Under the pieces are notes generated by a model. The model worked only from the letters and a program-made list of their open reading frames with translations, did no database searches and was not told the DNA's origin. Of a DNA stretch of 64,000 nucleotides, positions 57,692-64,000 are shown piece after piece. Within the stretch, counting starts at the first letter, position 1. Each line of letters starts with the position of its first letter. Position numbers and translations under genes: made by a program. This DNA is from an uncultured delta proteobacterium (GTDB taxonomy: Bacteria > Desulfobacterota > Binatia > UBA9968): NCBI GenBank assembly GCA_963727625.1, contig CAVSHR010000007.1, forward strand, positions 128,001 to 192,000. The letters are read 5' to 3'.

Positions 57692-58354
57692 ATGAAGCTG
57701 AGAATAATTCTTGCATTTTTTTTGTTTATTGCTCTGCTCGCAGGATCTGTCTCCGCAGCGGAAAGCGCGGCTAACGATGCGGATAAGGGCCAGGCGGCAA
57801 CCCCCTGGGTTCGCAGGCTTTCATTCGGCGTCGTCTTGCATGATGTAGGGTTCATAAGCGATAAGAGGGAAAAAGGGGTTGACCCCAATTGGGAGGTGCA
57901 GTTCAACCGTCCCGAGTGGAGATGGTGGCGTTGGCTTGGCTCTCCCTACCCGATTATCGGCGCCACTCCGAATTTCGTTGGGGATACGAGCGCGTTTTAT
58001 TTCGGAATCTTCAATTATGAGTTTAGTTTGTCCAATCAGTTCCTGGACGGCCTCACCAATGATTTAACCAAGAATCTTTGGATTTCAGGTGGGTTGAGCA
58101 CGGCGGTTCACACCGGCCCGCTACGCAAGAACGAGACGAAATGCAGGGAAGACAGCGATTGTGGATTCGGGTCTCGAGTTCTGCCGCGGATATCGTTAGA
58201 AATCGGGTATACCTTCTGGAAAAACCACGCGATATCGCTTTTTTTTGATCACATGTCGCACGGGAGCGTGGGGTGTGCTTGCCTGCAGAACGAGGGAATC
58301 GATCACACGGGAATTCGCTATCATGTTACTTTTGATACGGGTAGTAAACCGTGA
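57692..58354 (+). CDS. acyloxyacyl hydrolase / PagL-like outer membrane beta-barrel
   Basis: Signal peptide; GVVLHD, FGSRVL, DHMSHG..NEGID catalytic-type motif. Confidence 0.72.
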   Translation: MKLRIILAFFLFIALLAGSVSAAESAANDADKGQAATPWVRRLSFGVVLHDVGFISDKREKGVDPNWEVQFNRPEWRWWRWLGSPYPIIGATPNFVGDTSAFYFGIFNYEFSLSNQFLDGLTNDLTKNLWISGGLSTAVHTGPLRKNETKCREDSDCGFGSRVLPRISLEIGYTFWKNHAISLFFDHMSHGSVGCACLQNEGIDHTGIRYHVTFDTGSKP

Positions 58355-59197
58355 TCAGAATCTTGCCGTTTCAACCCGAATAGGTTCTGATCCTTTTTTT
58401 TCTTCTTGAGATAGATCAGAATTGACACGCCTTCCCGAGACTCGGTCGTAGCAGTCCGCCGCTAATCTTTTTCGGCCCGCAGAGTTATCTTCATACCTGG
58501 AGCAGTCGATCTTCGGCTGAACCGTCACCGTAGCCTCGATCCTTCGAAGCGCCAGCAGGTGCCAAAAATGAGGCGCAAAAGCCATGTCGTCGTAGCAATA
58601 GACCAAATCGCGATTCGCCTTCGAAACCGCTTGATCGTCAATCGACCTGTAAACCAGAGTCACCGGTACGATGATCGAGCGATTGCGCAATGGCGCGGCT
58701 AACGGGACGGTCTGAAAGGGCAACGTCCGCTCGCCGTTGGTGGCGTGTCCTTCAGGAAACAGAAGGAGATTCGCTCCCTCTTTTAGTTTTCTGGTCATTT
58801 CCGCAACCATCAACCCTACCAGCTTCTTCCTCTGGCGGTCGATAAAAATTGTGCCGCCGAGGATCGTCCACAATCCGACCAGCGGCCATTTCTTAACCTC
58901 TCTTTTGGATACGAACACCACCGGGAAAATGCTGGCCAAAACAAAACCGTCGACATAGCTGAGGTGATTGCTGATAATCACCCGGCCGCCCCCCTCGAGT
59001 TGCCCCGCGTCGCCATTCACCATCACCTTTATATTCAGGATTCGTCTCAAAAGGAACGTCAGGCTACATGTCAAGCGGCTGATAATCACCCAACGATCAG
59101 GCATTCTCAATACGCTGATCCACAAATGCACGAGGACTATAAAGCCGAAAAAAACTGCCCACAGGGAAACAATCGCAGCTAACTTGACCCACCGCAT
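58355..59197 (-). CDS. lysophospholipid acyltransferase (PlsC family)
   Basis: NHLSYVD, FVSKREV, FIDR, FPEG. Confidence 0.88.
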   Translation of the reverse strand: MRWVKLAAIVSLWAVFFGFIVLVHLWISVLRMPDRWVIISRLTCSLTFLLRRILNIKVMVNGDAGQLEGGGRVIISNHLSYVDGFVLASIFPVVFVSKREVKKWPLVGLWTILGGTIFIDRQRKKLVGLMVAEMTRKLKEGANLLLFPEGHATNGERTLPFQTVPLAAPLRNRSIIVPVTLVYRSIDDQAVSKANRDLVYCYDDMAFAPHFWHLLALRRIEATVTVQPKIDCSRYEDNSAGRKRLAADCYDRVSGRRVNSDLSQEEKKGSEPIRVETARF

Positions 59198-59422
59198 GGA
59201 TTATCTTTACTTGTTGAGCGCCAAACGAGCAACATAAAATTGAGGTTGCTGCGTTCGTTTCGTTTAACGCACAATGTTCATTGGGTGCTTCCACAGGATG
59301 CTGAACGCCTGCTGTTATCAATACACAGAAATTCCCTTAGCCCAGTGTAATTTCGTTGTTTTGCCTCTTCATTGCAAACATTTATAAATTTCCGACGCGC
59401 GTTAACAATAGTAGAATAGTAG

Positions 59423-61113
59423 CTAAACGCTCCGTAACACTTTTCCAGGATATGTGCCGCTGTGTGCACCGTGTTTCATCAAAACTGAGCCGTTAACGAT
59501 CGTGTAGTGGATGCCCTTGGCGCCCTGGATGTAGCGCGGGGCGCCGGCGGGGAGGTCGGTGACTTTTTCGGGCGCGGCCGAGATCGATACTTTTCAGGAT
59601 CGAAGATAAAAAGGTCGGCCGCCATGCCGCGGCGCAACAGGCCGCGGTCGTGAATGCCGAAGATCGATGCCGGCAGGAAGGTCAGTTTTTTGATCGCCTC
59701 TTCTAACGTCATGATCTCGCGTTCACGCACCCAGTGGGCGAGCATGAGCGTCGAGTAGCCGAAACCCGGGTTGCCGCTGGCGACATGGGCGCCGGCGTCG
59801 GACTGGCCGAGCAGCACGTGCGGGCTATTGAAAATTTCTTTGACCGCTTGAATGTCTCCTTGAGTCGCGGAGTCTTCGAAGGTCGTTTCCAGATCTTCTG
59901 CGAGCGCGAGATCCAGAAATGCGTCGATGGATGGCTTGGACTGCAAGCGCGCCAGCTCGTCGATGGTTTTCCCTTCGAGATGCCGGTTCTCAGCGCGCGC
60001 GGTTTTTTTGATCGTGATGCAATCCCAGCGGCGGCAGAAATCGATCGGCTTGTTTTCGTTGAACGTTGCGGCGAGCTGGGTGCGGGTTTGCGCATCGCGC
60101 AGCTTTTCCTTGCGCAGTTCCACGGGCATGAACATGAGGTTTTTCCACTCGGGGATTTCGTCGAGGCGGTTGGAATCTTTTAAATTCCAGCGGCGCATCG
60201 CCGGGCGGGTGCTCGTCATCGCATAGGCGGCGAAGCCCTGCCGGCAGCGCTCTTCGACATCGCTCAATTGCTTGCGCCACAGCTCCGGTTCGCTCCAGCG
60301 GTGGCGGATGCTCTCGCCGATCAGCGGCCGGCGGGTTTCTTTGAGAATCATGTCGTACCACTGGCTGATATGCGCGACATGCTCGGGCGTCGCGAACGCG
60401 CCGTGGGTGAACTGGACCAATCCGCGCTGGCTCTCACCGACAACGCGACACAGGCGGGCGATTTCACCCAGACCGGCGCAGCGGCTTGCCACCGGCTTGC
60501 CGTCTTCGCGATAGTGGCTTTGGTTGGAATTTGTCGAGAAGCCGAAGGCGCCGTCGGCCATGCCCTGGCGCACCAGCTCTTCCATCTCTTCGATCTCGGC
60601 ATCGTTCGCTGCGCGCTCGACGCAGGCTTCGCCCATGGCGTACTGGCGCACGGCGCAATGGCCGACCAGTGTGGCGACGTTCAAGCCAAGCGGCTTTCGC
60701 CCGAGAGCGTCCAGATATTCGCCGTGGGTCGACCATTCCCATGGAATCCCGGCCTGCAAGCTCTCGCGCGGCATCGCCTCGACGCGCACGAAAGTTCCGA
60801 TCAACGCGTCGCGGCTCTCCGGCTTGCACGGCGCGAGGGTCAAGCCACAGTTGCCGGTAACCACGGTGGTCACGCCATGCTCGTTGGACGAGGTCGCCAG
60901 CGGGTCCCACCAGAGCTGCGCGTCGAAGTGGGTGTGAAAGTCGATAATGCCGGGCGCTACGGCGAGACCGCCGACGTCGAGCACCCGCTGGGCCGCGGCA
61001 TTGATCCGGCCGATATCTTCGATGCGCCCGTTCGAGATCGCCACGTCGCCGAGGAACGATGGCAACCCCGAGCCGTCATAAATACGCCCGCCTTTGAGAA
61101 TCAGATCATACAT
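59423..61113 (-). CDS. N-acyl-D-amino-acid deacylase family amidohydrolase, frameshifted near 59590
   Basis: PGIIDFHTHFD, GVTTVVTGNCG, SDAGAH. The conserved tail DLPAGAPRY..GIHYTIVNG..PGKVLRS lies in the -1 frame, ending at TAG 59423. Confidence 0.87.
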
Positions 61114-61281
61114 GTTGAAACCTCGATTCCCGCTTTGGCTGCGCCGGAATATACGGCGGCATTGTCAGAGCGCGCAAACGAAAAATCCGAAGCAAACAGC
61201 GGCCCGCAGATCACGCACCTGCTCTGACCCGACGGTTTGAACTACTTGAACGATCTGAACGGCCTGAACTTGGCCCGGAGT

Positions 61282-62571
61282 TCAGACTTCTTCTTGAAGC
61301 GTTTGCAGCGCGCGTAGGATCAATTCGCGCCGGAATTCTTTTTCTTTGTCCGGAGGCAAGTCAGGATTGCCGGTGGGACTGACGATGCCGCCGGAGGCAA
61401 TCGCCCGGAGCGAGCCAACTTCTTTGGCCACCGGGATCATCGTGCAGATCTGTGTCACGGGGATTTCCAGCTTTTCGATTTCCTTGCTGATCGCTGCGCC
61501 GCAGCGGGTGCTCGAACCTCAGGTCGAGGTCAGAATCACACCGGTGACGTTCGCGGCTTTCAGCTGATCGGCGATCTGCCGGCCGATCTGCGTGGCGTTT
61601 TCGACGGCGGCGTGGGCGCCGCCGGTGGAGCGGACAAATTCATGCAATTTTCCGATTATACCCTCGCGTTCCAGCTCGCGCATGGTGTCGAGCGGTACCA
61701 GCCGGTTCGGATCGCGGTTGGCGGCGGCGGTGTCATAGCCGGAGTGGACGGCGTCGAATTTATCGGCGTCGAGGGAATTGACGCCGGCGATCGGGATGGT
61801 CGTGAAGCGCGTCGGGCGGCCGGGCTCGATCTTGTCGGGGTTACCTTCGGGCACCAGGCCTCCGTCGGTGACCAGCGCGATCACCGCTGATTTTAAATCG
61901 CGCAGCGGCGCAGCGGGTTTGCCGCCAGCGAATTTTGGCGGTGCGATTTCCGATTCAAATTCCGCACCGCGTAATTTGGCCAGCAGCATGTCGACGGCGC
62001 GCTCGGCCGGCGGTTTGGCGGCAAACTCGTTGCGCTTGATGCCGCGCTGCAGATAACCTTCGCTTTCGGGTCTGCCGATGGCGTCGCGGCGCACCAGCTT
62101 CACGCCGAGGATAGCCATGCGCTGCAGTGTCGGCACCATACGCGCGATCGATGCACCGGAATTGACGATGAAGATATGCTTTCGATAGAGACCGGCGCCG
62201 ACGTTGTCTTCATCCATGCCCGCCACGGCGACGATGTTGAGACGCTGTTGCGCCGCCAGGCAAATTGCGCCGCAGGCGATGCCGTAGCGGCCGCTCTCGA
62301 ACGCAGGACCGGCGATCAGCAAGTGCGGTTTGTATTCGGCCATTTGTTGAATCAATTGATCGTTCGCCTGCTCTTGCTGCTCGGCAAAATAGTTATCTCC
62401 ACAAAAGATTGTCGCGACGATTTCGCCGTGCTCGCCCAGCGCCTGCTGCAGCGCGCGGCCTGGGCCGATCAGACCCGCTTTCACCTGCGGCCCGACGTCC
62501 GCTTTGTCTTCACCACCGATTTGGGCGAAGAATTGATTCAAGTAGTGCACGACACGAATCTTTGTGTTCAT
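61282..62571 (-). CDS. grdB: glycine/sarcosine/betaine/D-proline reductase family selenoprotein B (Sec at 61519-61521)
   Basis: VVHYLNQFF, CGDNYF, GPAF..GRYG, ALVTDGG.VP.GNPD, DPNRLVPLD, LTST-UGA-GSSTRCGA; reads through to LQTLQEEV*. Confidence 0.88.
61492..61506 (-). promoter_or_regulatory. bacterial SECIS-like hairpin of grdB
   Basis: mRNA CGCUGC-GGC-GCAGCG; loop G is 19 nt after UGA. Confidence 0.7.
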
Positions 62572-62621
62572 CTCTCCAGCTCCGAGCGTAATCATTTGTC
62601 TCAATTAGGGAAAGAAGATTC

Positions 62622-62692
62622 TCCCGCCAAAGCGCTAAGGCGCAAAGAAATTACTGTCTTCCAGAACTTGGCGTCCTTGCGCCTTTGCGGGA
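62622..62692. repeat. intergenic inverted-repeat element, same family as 56283..56388
   Basis: TCCCGCCAAAGCGCTAAGGCGCAAAG ... CTTGGCGTCCTTGCGCCTTTGCGGGA. Confidence 0.65.
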
Positions 62693-62710
62693 AAAAGTCC
62701 GAATCATCCT

Positions 62711-63985
62711 TCAGCTCATATAAGTCGTCAATCGCGAGGCGCCCACCTGGCTGATGGCGCCGACGATGTCGCCGATCCAGAGATTCAATTCTGCGCGCGC
62801 CGGCGTGGGCGTGAGGCCCGGGTTTTCGCTGTCCGGGTTGGCATTGTCCAGTGCGATTGTTTCACCGCCGATGACCCGTTCTACCGCGGGCAACGTGATC
62901 GCATCGCGCGTCAGACCGGGTGTGATGAGCGCGTTGACGTTGGACGGCACGAAGGTGATGCCGGTGTCGGGATAGCGCTCCATGATGATCAACGCCGCTT
63001 TCATGCCCATTTCTTCGCAGCGCGTATAGATCATCATCAAGTCGGTGTCGACGGCGCCGCCGCCGATCTTGGTCGCGATGATGCCGTCGGCGCCCAAGGT
63101 TTCTTTGGCCAAGCGCGCGCACAGAAAAGCATTGCGCTCTTTTTCGGAAACCGTGGCCGGCGCCACCGTCAGGACGATGCCGGCGAACCAAAGATCGCGA
63201 CCATGGCGGCGATAGAGCTCCTCGATCACCGGATGATTTTGGGCGAACCAGGTGAATGCCGAATAGGAAAACATCAGCGCGCCATCGAGAATCTCGTTGG
63301 GATGGACGATAGTCGGCATGAAGCCCTGGATGTTGCTGCCGTAGAAAACCGGTTCGTTTTGCTGGGTCGGATGCTGGTGCGAGTGCATCGGAAAAACGTA
63401 AGCGACGCGCGGCAGCTCCTTCGGCCCCTGATTGAAGGCCACCGGCGGAAGCTCGTAGACTCGGGTTTCATCCGGTGCGACATCTTTCGCCGCCCGTGCG
63501 AGATAAACGGCCGCTTTCAAGCCGGCTTTTTTTACCGCAATGCGATAGTCGTCCTTGTCGATGCCATGTTTCGGGTAAGGCAACAGGACGACGTTGTGCG
63601 TATTGGCGATGGGCGAATATTCCGTCGCCGGCCCGGTCATGTCGATGAGACTGCGCGAGCGCGGCGCAGTCTGATCGGTCTCGACCACCGCCACGTTCTT
63701 GAGCGCCCGGGTTTGTCCCTCGCCGACCAGTTCGTTGCCCTCGAGCGCGCCGGGGAAATTCGGCCCGTTCAATCGATAGCGCGGCTCGAGCACGTCGAGC
63801 ACGCGGATGATCCTGCACGACTCGCCCGGATGCGCCAGCTCGATCTCGACGCGCTCGAAGAGCGGCTCCTGCTCGAGCAGTGCAACTAATTCCTGTCGAT
63901 CGACCGAGAGAACTTGATTCTCGATCGCCGTCTTCGCGCCAAATCGGACATCTTTGATTTGAATGCTGCCAAGTTCCAATCGCAT
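62711..63985 (-). CDS. glycine/sarcosine/betaine reductase component B proprotein subunit (GrdE/GrdG/GrdI-like)
   Basis: MRLELGSIQIKDVRFG, PGESCRI, IDMTGP, AGLKAAVYL, PTIVHPNEILDGA, NHPVIEELYRRHG, LGADG. Confidence 0.87.
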   Translation of the reverse strand: MRLELGSIQIKDVRFGAKTAIENQVLSVDRQELVALLEQEPLFERVEIELAHPGESCRIIRVLDVLEPRYRLNGPNFPGALEGNELVGEGQTRALKNVAVVETDQTAPRSRSLIDMTGPATEYSPIANTHNVVLLPYPKHGIDKDDYRIAVKKAGLKAAVYLARAAKDVAPDETRVYELPPVAFNQGPKELPRVAYVFPMHSHQHPTQQNEPVFYGSNIQGFMPTIVHPNEILDGALMFSYSAFTWFAQNHPVIEELYRRHGRDLWFAGIVLTVAPATVSEKERNAFLCARLAKETLGADGIIATKIGGGAVDTDLMMIYTRCEEMGMKAALIIMERYPDTGITFVPSNVNALITPGLTRDAITLPAVERVIGGETIALDNANPDSENPGLTPTPARAELNLWIGDIVGAISQVGASRLTTYMS

Positions 63986-64000
63986 GGGCCGATCCTTATC

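Noticed and set aside
61282-61284. Second UGA at the end of grdB as another Sec
   Set aside because: It falls at the normal GrdB C-terminus and is followed by a 9-nt repeat array rather than conserved coding sequence.

Overview
GC-rich bacterial chromosomal window. The paralog-rich content (NMT1/THI5-type binding proteins, amidohydrolases, orphan Mo-hydroxylase large subunits) resembles Candidatus Binatia / deltaproteobacterial MAGs; this taxonomy is an inference. Layout: (1-3.6 kb) 3' part of a GH94/NdvB-type gene and a stomatin gene. (3.8-14.6 kb) Signalling island: CheB-CheR-PAS-histidine kinase fusion, NarL regulator, nucleotidyltransferase, sensor-less kinase, two Crp paralogs and a diguanylate cyclase. 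(15-21 kb) ECF sigma/anti-sigma/CpxP-like genes with MacAB-OMF efflux. (21.8-27 kb) Mo-hydroxylase, binding protein, four-helix-bundle gene inside inverted heptamer repeats, and GST. (27.2-38.3 kb) Rearrangement hot spot with three decayed copies of a LysR 3' end, intact HigBA(ImmA/IrrE), HicBA/Phd/Fic remnants, IS200 relics, and a RAYT-type tyrosine transposase bounded by inverted repeats with tandem duplications at both ends. (38.4-64 kb) Catabolic genes ending in a GrdE/GrdB-like reductase pair. Top observations: an apparent selenocysteine (UGA plus SECIS-like hairpin) at the conserved Cys of a YccU-family CoA-binding protein; a Sec-GrdB with an altered UxxSxxC motif; the stacked LysR-end repeats; and the RAYT end duplications. 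Three genes carry single frameshifts that may be assembly errors. All product calls come from motif recognition by eye, not from database searches.
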